Of a stretch of DNA of 64,000 nt, positions 1 through 9,369 are shown in pieces. The stretch comes from an uncultured euryarchaeote (GTDB taxonomy: Archaea; Thermoplasmatota; Poseidoniia; Poseidoniales; Poseidoniaceae). The notes beneath the pieces are model-generated. The model ran no database searches, was not told the origin of the DNA, and was given only the letters and a program-made list of their open reading frames with translations. The position numbers and the translations under genes are program-made. Numbering within the stretch: position 1 is the stretch's first letter; each line of letters starts with the position of its first letter. The stretch spans positions 1 to 64,000 of the forward strand of contig CALBRH010000051.1 in NCBI GenBank assembly GCA_937899865.1. Reading direction: 5' to 3'.

Positions 1-1656
1 CCCTCTTAAATCAGAATTAGATAAGTCACTCTCATCAAAGTCTGTGCCCCAAAGGTATGCTCCGAAAAAAGATGAATTTTGTAAATTAGACTCTCTGAAT
101 GTTGCACCGTACAAATCTGCATAACTGAGGTTTGTATTCGTCACATTTGATCTAAAAAAACCGCTAAAATAAAAATCAACACCCACAAAATTAGCATCAT
201 TAACTTCTGAATTTATTATGCTAGAAACTCTCATTGAGGAACCAGTAAAATCAGTGCCATTTGCTCTAGCATTCATTATGGAGACTCTATCCATATCTGA
301 GCGATAAAAATCAGCATTTTCTAATGAAGAGTTCCAATATCTAGCCCCTCTAGAGAAAGCGAATGAGAAGTTTGTATTGTCAAGATTGGAATTGTTAAAT
401 GATGTTGTAGTCATATCGGCATATTGGTATTCTCCTCCTGAGATATTCGCTCCATTGAAGACCTGGCTAGACCAATCTACACCGGTGCGGCTTGCATCGC
501 TACCATCCTCCCCATCTTGGCCATTGGTTCCATCTGCTCCATCTTGGCCGTCAGCTCCATCTTGTCCATCAATTCCGTCTTGTCCATCACAAACATATGA
601 CGTAGTAGAGATTTCACTTACATCAAGAATTGCATTATTGTTCCAATCTATTCCAGACTCAATTCTTGTTCCACCTACGTTACAATTATTTCCAGGGGCC
701 TCATAGTTTGACGTCACTAGAGTGGTATATCCGTCATATCCATCTTGTCCATCAGTTCCGTCTTGGCCGTCAGCACCATCGTTTCCAGCAGGTCCTTGTG
801 GTCCTTGAGCACCAGTTGCTCCATCTGCGCCATCTTGACCGTCAGCACCGTCATTTCCAGCAGGTCCTTGTGGTCCTTGAGCCCCAGGTGCTCCATCTGT
901 TCCATCTTGACCGTCAGCACCATCGTTACCAGCAGGTCCTTGTGGCCCTTGTGGTCCTTGAGCGCCATCTACCCCATCTTGACCGTCAGCACCATCAGCA
1001 CCATCGTTACCAGCAGGTCCTTGTGGCCCTTGAGGTCCGGTAGCGCCATCTACCCCATCTTGTCCATCAGCACCGTCATTTCCTGCAGGTCCTTGCGGTC
1101 CTGTAGCACCATCATTTCCAGCAGGTCCTTGCGGTCCTTGAGCACCATCAGCCCCATCTAAACCAACTTCACCGTTGCATATATCAGTGACCAAAGTTAC
1201 TTCATCAGAAGTTAATACATTATCTGAATTATCATCAGTTCCAATTTCAAATGAATATCCTCCATTTGGACAGTTGTTACTCGATAATATTGAGATTAGT
1301 GTTGTTTTACCATTTGGACCAGGGATACCTTGAACACCAATTTCACCTTTTTCCCCTTCATTTCCATCTTGGCCAGGTGCTCCATCTTCACCCTTAATTG
1401 AAATTACATCCCAGCCAGCTGTTTTACAGACTTGGAATTCATCATCTGCCTCAACATAGTATAATCTGCCATTAGTGTCTTCATTACATGTTGGTAGATC
1501 AGCAGCATTAACCGCAAAATGAACATGCCAATCTTGTAGTTCAACAATTTCTTCTGGTTGTGAATCATCTTCATTAGAATCATCATTCCCTATACAACCA
1601 GCAAGGGGCATGGTAATCATAAGCAGGCAAAAAATCAAGGCAATTGGTCTTTTCAT
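1..1656 (-). CDS. Collagen-like lipoprotein with C-terminal pentapeptide repeats (3' end runs off the window; absent from ORF track)
   Basis: Manual translation from ATG at 1656 gives MKRPIALIFCLLMITMPLAGC (lipobox LAGC). It continues through three Gly-X-Y tracts and two Cys-flanked modules, then about 30 pentapeptide repeats (..FRESN LQNSS FFGAY LWGTD FDESD LSNSD LRG). The frame is open to position 1. Confidence 0.92.
   Translation of the reverse strand, partial: MKRPIALIFCLLMITMPLAGCIGNDDSNEDDSQPEEIVELQDWHVHFAVNAADLPTCNEDTNGRLYYVEADDEFQVCKTAGWDVISIKGEDGAPGQDGNEGEKGEIGVQGIPGPNGKTTLISILSSNNCPNGGYSFEIGTDDNSDNVLTSDEVTLVTDICNGEVGLDGADGAQGPQGPAGNDGATGPQGPAGNDGADGQDGVDGATGPQGPQGPAGNDGADGADGQDGVDGAQGPQGPQGPAGNDGADGQDGTDGAPGAQGPQGPAGNDGADGQDGADGATGAQGPQGPAGNDGADGQDGTDGQDGYDGYTTLVTSNYEAPGNNCNVGGTRIESGIDWNNNAILDVSEISTTSYVCDGQDGIDGQDGADGQDGADGTNGQDGEDGSDASRTGVDWSSQVFNGANISGGEYQYADMTTTSFNNSNLDNTNFSFAFSRGARYWNSSLENADFYRSDMDRVSIMNARANGTDFTGSSMRVSSIINSEVNDANFVGVDFYFSGFFRSNVTNTNLSYADLYGATFRESNLQNSSFFGAYLWGTDFDESDLSNSDLRG
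724..1173 (-). repeat. Collagen Gly-X-Y tract (50 uninterrupted triplets) with six GPQGPAGNDG units
   Basis: Direct translation GEV GLD GAD GAQ GPQ GPA GND ... GYD GYT; near-identical DNA repeats such as ccagcaggtccttgtgg. Confidence 0.95.
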
Positions 1657-1757
1657 GAATGATTGATATATATGGTATTAAATTAACATTAGGTCTCATT
1701 TTACAATATTTAGTCATATACAAAATCAATGAAATTGATTGTTTATCGGAATAAATA

Positions 1758-1832
1758 TGGAGCCACCGGCGAGACTTGAACTCGCGACCTCCTCATTACC
1801 AATGAGGTGCTATACCACTAAGCCACGGTGGC
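1758..1832 (-). tRNA. tRNA-Thr(GGU), intronless, CCA encoded
   Basis: Reverse complement folds as acceptor GCCACCG/CGGTGGC, anticodon arm CCTCA-TTGGTAA-TGAGG, T arm GCGAG-TTCAAGT-CTCGC, ending TCCA. Confidence 0.97.
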
Positions 1833-1857
1833 GTAGTTGCACCGACTTGCATGGTGA

Positions 1858-1863
1858 TTATAA
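1858..1863 (-). promoter_or_regulatory. Candidate archaeal TATA box for tRNA-Thr
   Basis: TTATAA lies 26-31 nt upstream of the mature tRNA 5' end; positional inference only. Confidence 0.4.
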
Positions 1864-1947
1864 CGCTTCGTCAAATTTTTTAGTAGGTAAAACCTCGTTT
1901 TCAGTCTTTATTTTGCCTCAAAGATTAATAATCTAATTTACTGAAAT

Positions 1948-2169
1948 TTGGCTAAGGAAGGCAACTTCCTTGGATGGGATATGATGGGAAGCAGTTTAGA
2001 AAACAAAGTAGACATGAAGCGTCGAATGAAGGAATTACAAAGCCAAGTAGATGAATTAAAAGACTTGGTAAATACTCTTTTGAGTGTAATTTGTGAAGAA
2101 CCAGATGGTGTGCACACAGGTGCAGCTCCAACTATACCTGGTCAATCGCATACTAAATTCTGTATGTGA
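1948..2169 (+). CDS. Small hypothetical coiled-coil protein (start may be a downstream ATG near 1981)
   Basis: Fills the gap between tRNA and rtcB; heptad-like MKELQSQVDELKDLVNTLL; stop abuts the rtcB stop. Confidence 0.55.
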   Translation: MAKEGNFLGWDMMGSSLENKVDMKRRMKELQSQVDELKDLVNTLLSVICEEPDGVHTGAAPTIPGQSHTKFCM

Positions 2170-3645
2170 TTAACCTTTAATCACAATATTTGGCTTCATT
2201 CGAACCACTGGTCGGGCTAAGCCAGCCTTATTGGTTAAATCAATCACTTCATCAACATCCTTGTAAGCATCTGGTGCTTCTTCAGATAAGACATTAGGTG
2301 TTGAAGCATGAATCCTAATTCCAGAATTTTCCAACCTTTGTTTCAATTTCTTACCATCGATGGTTTTCTTTGCCTTGGTTCTGGAAAGTGCCCTGCCTGC
2401 GCCATGACATGAAGATCCAAATGCTTGATTTTGCCCAGTCTTTGGTCCAGCCATAATCCATGAACCAGTACCCATATCACCAGGCACTAATACCGGTTGG
2501 CCTGTGTTTTGAAAACTACTCTCAATGTGCCCACTATCTCCAGAAAATGCTCTTGTTGCACCTTTTCTATGAACTGCGCACTGACAATTTTTACCATGTA
2601 AGTTATGAGTTTCTATTTTAGCGATATTATGGGCTACATCGTATAGTGTTCTTGCCTCTCCATCAATACCCATCTCTAATTTCAAAACTTCTCTTAATCT
2701 ATGGGCAAGAGCACTTCTGTTAGCAAATGCAAAGTTCGCTGCAGCATTCATTTCTTGTAGATATTGTTGACCTTCTTTAGAATGAATTGGAGCACAAGCT
2801 AACTGTCGGTCGGATAAAGTAAAATCATATTCTTCTGCATACCAACCATCAGATGTTCTACGGTATTTTTGTTCAAATTTTCTTGAATGTTCACTGCAAA
2901 CTTGATGCCCAAGTCCTCGAGAACCAGAGTGAATCATTGCTAGAAGTTGCCCTTCATACAGTCCCCATTGTTTACTTGTCTCTTCATCAACCAATTTTTC
3001 AACCGATTGTAATTCCAAAAAATGGTTCCCGCTCCCCAATGTTCCAAGCGCTCTAAGGCCTCTTTCTAATGCTCTACTGGATAATGATACATCATCAACT
3101 TCTAACAAACCATTTGATTCTAAGGATGGCAAATCTTCATCAAAGCCTATACCCATATCCACTGCTGCTTGAGCACCACCTTCTGTAAGAGATTTTATTT
3201 GATTCATATTGATTTCTAAACCGCCTTTACCAGATGCTCCAGCAGGTATTCTACCAGCGAGTCGGCCACCTAATTTTTTGATATTAGGGATGTCATCAAT
3301 CGTGGCATCAAGCGCCAAAACTCTTACTCCACAATTGATATCAAAACCAACTGCTCCTGGTGAAATTGCTCCACCATTATTCCCGTGGTTGATATCAGTA
3401 GCAATTACTCCACCAATAGGTAAACCATAGCCAAAATGCCAATCAGCCATTGCCCATGCTTCACCGACAATACCGGGTATTTCTGCTGCATTTACCAATT
3501 GTTCAGGTCCTCGGTCATCGATGTGGTTGTTGAAATGTGTTTGGTCAGTAACTATTCTTGCATCAACATTCATTCTGCCATGAGATTTGATTCGCATAGT
3601 ACCATCATCTTCGGTTTGAAGATGCTTTCGCCACTCATCGCCCAT
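2170..3645 (-). CDS. rtcB: tRNA-splicing ligase RtcB
   Basis: MADWHFGYG, GFDINCG, GSGNHF, IHSGSRG, HRKGAT and SCHGAGR motifs all present. Confidence 0.97.
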   Translation of the reverse strand: MGDEWRKHLQTEDDGTMRIKSHGRMNVDARIVTDQTHFNNHIDDRGPEQLVNAAEIPGIVGEAWAMADWHFGYGLPIGGVIATDINHGNNGGAISPGAVGFDINCGVRVLALDATIDDIPNIKKLGGRLAGRIPAGASGKGGLEINMNQIKSLTEGGAQAAVDMGIGFDEDLPSLESNGLLEVDDVSLSSRALERGLRALGTLGSGNHFLELQSVEKLVDEETSKQWGLYEGQLLAMIHSGSRGLGHQVCSEHSRKFEQKYRRTSDGWYAEEYDFTLSDRQLACAPIHSKEGQQYLQEMNAAANFAFANRSALAHRLREVLKLEMGIDGEARTLYDVAHNIAKIETHNLHGKNCQCAVHRKGATRAFSGDSGHIESSFQNTGQPVLVPGDMGTGSWIMAGPKTGQNQAFGSSCHGAGRALSRTKAKKTIDGKKLKQRLENSGIRIHASTPNVLSEEAPDAYKDVDEVIDLTNKAGLARPVVRMKPNIVIKG

Positions 3646-3753
3646 GAACGTCGGTAATACCGTTTACCTTTGAGGATTGTCAATAATTTGGCAATATAGT
3701 CGCAGGGTTCAAGTCATTGTTTATGTTGGGGAACTTGTCCAGTAGGTGAATTA

Positions 3754-6603
3754 ATGGCTATGCCTCAAATTGATTTAGCAGTCTTCCACGACAATGGATA
3801 CATTAGAAAACAATGTCGTGTGACCAATCTTTGGTTTTGGACGGCAGACCATGAAAGAGAAACTTGTGGTGATACCAGTGAAGATGAATATACTTTCATT
3901 GGAAGTCCACTAATCAGTGGTTTTTCTATGCGTGGCAAGGAGTTAAAAGATGCTATGAGAGAGGCATTTCTTCGCTTTTTTGAGGAAAGAGAGCATACAC
4001 GAATAGATCCATATCCAATTCTAGCAAGATGGCGTGATGATATTCATTTGACTATTGCTTCAATTGCTGATTTTCAACCACATGTAACTTCAGGAATGGT
4101 AGAACCCCCAGCAAATCCGCTGACAATATCTCAGCCATGTATTCGATTGACAGATGTTGATGCTGTAGGTCGAAGCGGGCGCCACTTAACCACTTTTGAA
4201 ATGATGGCACACCATGTTTTCAATCGTCCAGACGAGGGTAGAATGTTTTACTGGATGGAAGAGTGTGTAAAGTACTGTCATGAGATGTTTACCGAAACAT
4301 TTGGCATTGATGCTAAAGAGATTACTTATGTTGAAAATCCATGGTGTGGAGGCGGTAATGCAGGGCCTGCAGTTGAAGTTATTGTTGGAGGTTTGGAATT
4401 AGCAACTTTAGTATTCATGAATCTTGAAGAAGATGAGGATGGCGATGTTGAAATTAAGGGTGATAAGTATCGAGAGATGCCATTGCAGATTATTGATACG
4501 GGATACGGACTTGAGCGATTTTGCTGGGCAGCAGCAGGCACTCCAACAATTTACGAAGCAATCTATCCTGAAACAGTTTCATGGTTGAAAGAATTAGCCG
4601 GTTTTGACGGAATTACTGAGCAATGGCCCGAATTAAATCTTGATAATATCCTTGGTGAAATGAGTAGATTGAATGGAATAATGAATATTGAAGTAGGGGT
4701 TGATGGGGATGAATTACGTTCAACCTTCATCGCTAAACTCAGTGAGCGAGGAATTTCAATAACTCAACAACAATTTATCGCAATCACCGATCCGCTGGCA
4801 AGAATTTATGCCATACCAGACCATTTACATGCATTGTGTAATATGCTTGGAGATGGACTTGTTCCATCTAATGCTAAGGCAGGATATTTAGCAAGAATGT
4901 TGGCAAGAAGAACTCTTCGAATGCGTGATGAACTTGGCATAGAAGTTTCTCTTGCAGAATTAGCACTGCACCATGTCGATGTCAATTTAGGTGGCAAGAA
5001 TATGAAGCAAACACAAGACGGTATTGCTACAATTTTGAATCTTGAAGAAGAAAAGTACGTCGAAATGTTGCGCAAGGGTGAGCAAGTAATCAAGACAATG
5101 CTTTCCAATGTCGACAAGAATGCAAATGAAATTGAAGATGAGTTATTATTCTCACTCAATGATTCACATGGTATTGCCCCAGAAATGGCAATCTCATTGG
5201 CTCATCGCTCAGGCTGGGAGTCCATGACTCTAAGGACAGGTTTTACTGCTGAGTTAGCAGAACGACACGCTAAGATGGCAAAGGATGCGGCTAAAGAAGT
5301 TAACAAATCGGAACTTGTCACCGGCTTAGAAAATTTACCTTCAACAAATTCATTGTATTATGATGATGTATATCAGTTTGAATTCGATGCAAGCGTGCTA
5401 TTTTGTGGTGAAATTAAGGGCGATGATTTACCTGAAGGTGCTACTCATGCAATAGTTCTCGATAGAACATGCTTCTACCCCGAGGGAGGTGGTCAAGAAG
5501 CTGATTTTGGCACACTTTCTACTGATTCTATTCACTGTCGAGTTCTTGACACTCGTAAAATCGGCGAACATATAGTTCACCTCACCGATTCGTCTCTAAG
5601 CAATGGCGATGTAGTTCATGGATGTATTGATTGGAATCGTAGAAAGCAGTTAATGGATCACCACACATCTGTTCACATTGTTGGAGGTGCTGCTCGAAAA
5701 ATACTTGGCCCACATATCTATCAAGCAGGTGCCAATAAATCAGTAGATTCAGCAAGATTGGATATTACTCACTACAATCGCTTATCTCGTACTGATTTGG
5801 ACGACATTGAAAAAATGGCAAACCAAGTCATTGTCCAAGTCCATAAAACTGAGAAGTCAATCCTAAATCGTAAAGATGCTGATAGAAAACATGGTTTTGA
5901 TTTGTATCAAGGTGGAGCGCCAAAAGGTGATACTATTCGTGTACTTAGAATCTCAGACCATGATGTCCAAGCATGTGGAGGAACTCATCACGATGAGTTA
6001 GGTCAAATTGGTTCTATTCGCATAGTTCGTTCAACAGCAGTTCAAGATGGTGTTGAACGCTTGCACATTGTTGCAGGTCAAGCTGCATTAGATTTTGCAA
6101 GAGACCAAGATGTATTATTGCGTCAAACTGGGGATGTATTTGGGGTCAATATCAATGATGTTCCAAGAACTGCAGAGCGATTTTTTGGTGAATGGAAAGA
6201 ACAGAGGAAACGTATAGAACAACTTGAGGCTGAAATAGTCCGACTTAGAACCAGTGGAGGGGATGATTCAAGTTTCTCCAAAGACGGAGTAAGAATAGTT
6301 ATCATGGAATCCGATGGTGGATTGAAAAATATGTCCAAGATGCTCAAAGAGTTAACACTTGATGAAAGTAAACCAACACTTGCCATCCTTGGATCCAAAG
6401 AAGGCGGTGGAAAATTAATGGTAGCAACAACAGAAAATTCAATCGCTAGTGAGCGATATAACTCAGTTGAGATACTTCAATCAATCATTCCACATATCTC
6501 AGGTGGCGGTGGAGGGCGACCAACTTTTGCTCAAGGCGGAGGCTCTAAACCTGAGGGATTGCAAGACAGTTTTGATGCAGCAAAGTCATTATTAGATATC
6601 TAA
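3754..6603 (+). CDS. alaS: Alanine--tRNA ligase (archaeal type)
   Basis: HLTTFEMMAHH, GYGLER, editing-domain HTSVH and CGGTH, C-terminal GGGGGRP..AQGGG. Confidence 0.98.
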   Translation: MAMPQIDLAVFHDNGYIRKQCRVTNLWFWTADHERETCGDTSEDEYTFIGSPLISGFSMRGKELKDAMREAFLRFFEEREHTRIDPYPILARWRDDIHLTIASIADFQPHVTSGMVEPPANPLTISQPCIRLTDVDAVGRSGRHLTTFEMMAHHVFNRPDEGRMFYWMEECVKYCHEMFTETFGIDAKEITYVENPWCGGGNAGPAVEVIVGGLELATLVFMNLEEDEDGDVEIKGDKYREMPLQIIDTGYGLERFCWAAAGTPTIYEAIYPETVSWLKELAGFDGITEQWPELNLDNILGEMSRLNGIMNIEVGVDGDELRSTFIAKLSERGISITQQQFIAITDPLARIYAIPDHLHALCNMLGDGLVPSNAKAGYLARMLARRTLRMRDELGIEVSLAELALHHVDVNLGGKNMKQTQDGIATILNLEEEKYVEMLRKGEQVIKTMLSNVDKNANEIEDELLFSLNDSHGIAPEMAISLAHRSGWESMTLRTGFTAELAERHAKMAKDAAKEVNKSELVTGLENLPSTNSLYYDDVYQFEFDASVLFCGEIKGDDLPEGATHAIVLDRTCFYPEGGGQEADFGTLSTDSIHCRVLDTRKIGEHIVHLTDSSLSNGDVVHGCIDWNRRKQLMDHHTSVHIVGGAARKILGPHIYQAGANKSVDSARLDITHYNRLSRTDLDDIEKMANQVIVQVHKTEKSILNRKDADRKHGFDLYQGGAPKGDTIRVLRISDHDVQACGGTHHDELGQIGSIRIVRSTAVQDGVERLHIVAGQAALDFARDQDVLLRQTGDVFGVNINDVPRTAERFFGEWKEQRKRIEQLEAEIVRLRTSGGDDSSFSKDGVRIVIMESDGGLKNMSKMLKELTLDESKPTLAILGSKEGGGKLMVATTENSIASERYNSVEILQSIIPHISGGGGGRPTFAQGGGSKPEGLQDSFDAAKSLLDI

Positions 6604-7322
6604 TTGTGATTCTTTAGAGCTTCTAAATCAAAATATGATACTGCATTAGCAATCGCATCTTCTCTACTAAACCAAGAAGCCTCTGAAATCTCCTCAGTAA
6701 GAAGGTTCAAATCTTCGATTTTTCCATTCCAATTAGATTGGTAAGTGAATGAGACAAATGAAATCCCTTCATCATTGAATATTTGTTGAGTTATAATTGG
6801 TGTATTTTCATTAAGCAGAATTTCTATGCCAAGTTCTTCTAAAGTCTCTCTAACACAACCAGTTGTTGGATGTTCATCGTGATCCATATACCCGCCTGGT
6901 AAAGTCCAAAAACCAGTGAAATGTCCTCTTTTCACCTTTGCCATCAAGATTTCATCTTGATCATTTTTGATTATAACTTTCGATACTAACCGGTGAATAC
7001 TTCGATAGATTGCTTCTCTTGCTATTGGATGTACAGAATTATCAGAGATCAAATCGTCTTTCCAAGCCCAATCTTTAGGCCAATCCATCTTTGGATATGC
7101 TTTGATTACCTTTACAACTTGGTTGCCAAATACTATTCTCATTTCCATTTTGACTTCATATTCTATTTCCCTTGCCTCAACTTCAGCCATATTTGGGAAT
7201 CTTAAGATTTGAGAATTATCCGTTCGACCTTTAACCGGTAATTTTGGGCCGTTCCCTGATGTATCAACTAGCAAGACTTTACCGTCGTGCTCGAGATAAA
7301 CCACAGTTTGGGGATGGCTCAT
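6600..7322 (-). CDS. NUDIX hydrolase with N-terminal extension
   Basis: Nudix box GGYMDHDEHPTTGCVRETLEELG. Confidence 0.9.
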   Translation of the reverse strand: MSHPQTVVYLEHDGKVLLVDTSGNGPKLPVKGRTDNSQILRFPNMAEVEAREIEYEVKMEMRIVFGNQVVKVIKAYPKMDWPKDWAWKDDLISDNSVHPIAREAIYRSIHRLVSKVIIKNDQDEILMAKVKRGHFTGFWTLPGGYMDHDEHPTTGCVRETLEELGIEILLNENTPIITQQIFNDEGISFVSFTYQSNWNGKIEDLNLLTEEISEASWFSREDAIANAVSYFDLEALKNHN

Positions 7323-7410
7323 ACCTATTCCAAAAACTCATTTCGTTTAATGCTTGAGAATTTCACTAATACTACTGAAATTGAAGTACTAAGTTCTCTT
7401 AGACCATACA

Positions 7411-8118
7411 ATGCAGATGCTACAACTTAATGATTCAGGATGGGCCAAGACTTACCTAATTTATGATGAATCTAGTCGTAAGTCAGCGATTATTGACCCA
7501 GTGTATGATTATGTTGGAAATTACATGGAGAAAATTTCTGATATGAATTTAGATTTAGAAATGTGTATAGCTACTCATACTCATGCCGACCATATTACAG
7601 GTTGTTTCACTATTGCTGAAAACACAGGATGTGATTATGTCATGTGGCATTCAACACCATCTTTAGGTGTAACAAAATATGTAGATGAGAATTCAGTGCT
7701 TAAACTTGGGAGTCAAGAAATAAATTTCTATCATGTTCCAGGTCATACAGAAGATTCTATGTTAATTGTAACAAGTGAACATGTTTTCACTGGCGATTTC
7801 TTATTCACTGGAGAAGGTGGAGTTGGTAGGGATGATTTGCCAAGTGGTAGATTGAAAGCACATTGGGATTCGTTGCAAGTAATGTCAAATCTTTCAGGAG
7901 ACTTACTAGTCTGTACTGGCCATGAAGCGCCAGGAGTTGAGATGCAAACCTTATCTTGGAATAATGAACACAATCCTGTATTGAAAATGACAAACTACGA
8001 AGATTATGTTAAGTGGCAAAAGGATACAGTTTCTCAGTTAGGTCATGTATCAAAAATAAAGGTTGCATTACCTGCAAATATTTTTGCTGAAGTTCCTGAT
8101 GAAATCCCTTGGTTATGA
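7411..8118 (+). CDS. MBL-fold metallo-hydrolase, ETHE1/persulfide dioxygenase-like
   Basis: IIDPV, THTHADHITG, PGHT, FTGDFLF, GRDD, GHE; no rhodanese domain. Confidence 0.8.
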   Translation: MQMLQLNDSGWAKTYLIYDESSRKSAIIDPVYDYVGNYMEKISDMNLDLEMCIATHTHADHITGCFTIAENTGCDYVMWHSTPSLGVTKYVDENSVLKLGSQEINFYHVPGHTEDSMLIVTSEHVFTGDFLFTGEGGVGRDDLPSGRLKAHWDSLQVMSNLSGDLLVCTGHEAPGVEMQTLSWNNEHNPVLKMTNYEDYVKWQKDTVSQLGHVSKIKVALPANIFAEVPDEIPWL

Positions 8119-9270
8119 TCAATTTATAGGATTCTTAGGAATCTTACCTTTGTTTTTACTTGTTGGTAGTGCTTGTAAATCGGCAAATGTTAGTTGCTTA
8201 GTAGGTGCTTCATTCATTACAGTCAATCGTTCATCCATCGACATCTGTGCGATGAATTCTATTCTACCTCTTGTTCGTGTTAGATCATAAGATAACGGTT
8301 TAAGATTCTCAACAATTTGTTTTTCAAATTCTTCTTTGACTTTATCTCCACGCCAAACAGAATATCCCCAACGATAGGCAATACCGACTATTGCAGCGCC
8401 ATAGAGTAATAATAGGACAGTAGCAGCAAATACGACTGGATTTCCATCTCTAGATAGGTCTAGTAGATTTCTACCAATTAAGAACAATAGTCCGATTCCA
8501 ACTACTGGCTTGAGAATACTCTCGAGCCATTGGTCAACAGGAACTAACCTTCCTTTCGCAGGGTCGACAAAAACCAAATCAGATTCAAAAGCAGTATTAA
8601 GGACTCCTAAAACTCCAAGCATTATTATGTATAGCCCAGATGCAAAAATCAATTCTAATATTGTTGAGTCTAGTTTGAAAACCCAATGAACAATGAGCCA
8701 AGCAAATAGCCCAAGAAATGCTCCTTGAGGCACATAATTAAAGTGTATTACGTGGTTAGAAAATTCATTTACTTTACCCGCTTTTTCAATTGAACCTCTA
8801 TGTGGTTTTGGAATGTGAATTACTTGCCAGTGAAGGATTTTTTCCATTTGTTTTAAAGTATAAATTAATAGTTTTCTTTTAATCAATAAATATTCTATTA
8901 AAATTAGCATTGGAAGCCCAATCACAATAATTGGCAGCGCCATAATTACTGCAAGTGGGAATATAATAAGTGCTGGTAATAGCAAAAAATGTGATAATGT
9001 TAGTGGGTGAAATAAATCAGCCTCAATCAATCGCTGTTTTGATGGTTTAATTTTCAAACTTCTAGCCATGTCATTCAGTGTAGTTCTAAATGGTGAAACC
9101 TGTCTTCCAGCATCGATTATCTGTCTAACTGAGTTACGATACTGAGATTCTTCATGGCCCACACCAATAAAGAAACTCCAAGCTATTCTCATTGGTAAAG
9201 CCATGACTATTGGTATAGACAGTATTGCTGTAGCCCACAGCAAACCTGAGACATTTAATTCTGCAGCCAT
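8119..9270 (-). CDS. Hypothetical multi-pass membrane protein
   Basis: 383-aa ORF with about 7 hydrophobic segments; no family recognised. Confidence 0.75.
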   Translation of the reverse strand: MAAELNVSGLLWATAILSIPIVMALPMRIAWSFFIGVGHEESQYRNSVRQIIDAGRQVSPFRTTLNDMARSLKIKPSKQRLIEADLFHPLTLSHFLLLPALIIFPLAVIMALPIIVIGLPMLILIEYLLIKRKLLIYTLKQMEKILHWQVIHIPKPHRGSIEKAGKVNEFSNHVIHFNYVPQGAFLGLFAWLIVHWVFKLDSTILELIFASGLYIIMLGVLGVLNTAFESDLVFVDPAKGRLVPVDQWLESILKPVVGIGLLFLIGRNLLDLSRDGNPVVFAATVLLLLYGAAIVGIAYRWGYSVWRGDKVKEEFEKQIVENLKPLSYDLTRTRGRIEFIAQMSMDERLTVMNEAPTKQLTFADLQALPTSKNKGKIPKNPIN

Positions 9271-9369
9271 AGTCCGCTCAAACTATGCTAAATGCTAATC
9301 CGGTTTCAATAGTTTGCCAGTTTTCTCAAATGCTGTCAAGTTTATTGACCATCATGTATTCCATCAAGC

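Noticed and set aside
377-1161. ORF-track entries 377..706, 630..1043, 717..968 and 745..1161
   Set aside because: Off-frame or antisense shadows of the collagen repeat; the real gene is the minus-strand frame from 1656
724-1173. Short direct DNA repeats as a possible CRISPR array
   Set aside because: Repeats are degenerate at third codon positions, spaced in multiples of 9 nt and encode Gly-X-Y; there are no unique spacers or cas genes
1739-1936. 65-aa ORF
   Set aside because: Antisense to tRNA-Thr; MEPPARLELATS is a typical tRNA shadow translation
2170-3645. rtcB as part of an RNA-repair or toxin island
   Set aside because: No rtcA, rtcR, Ro/TROVE or toxin nearby; it sits divergent from alaS, and archease and EndA are present, so housekeeping tRNA splicing is the simpler reading
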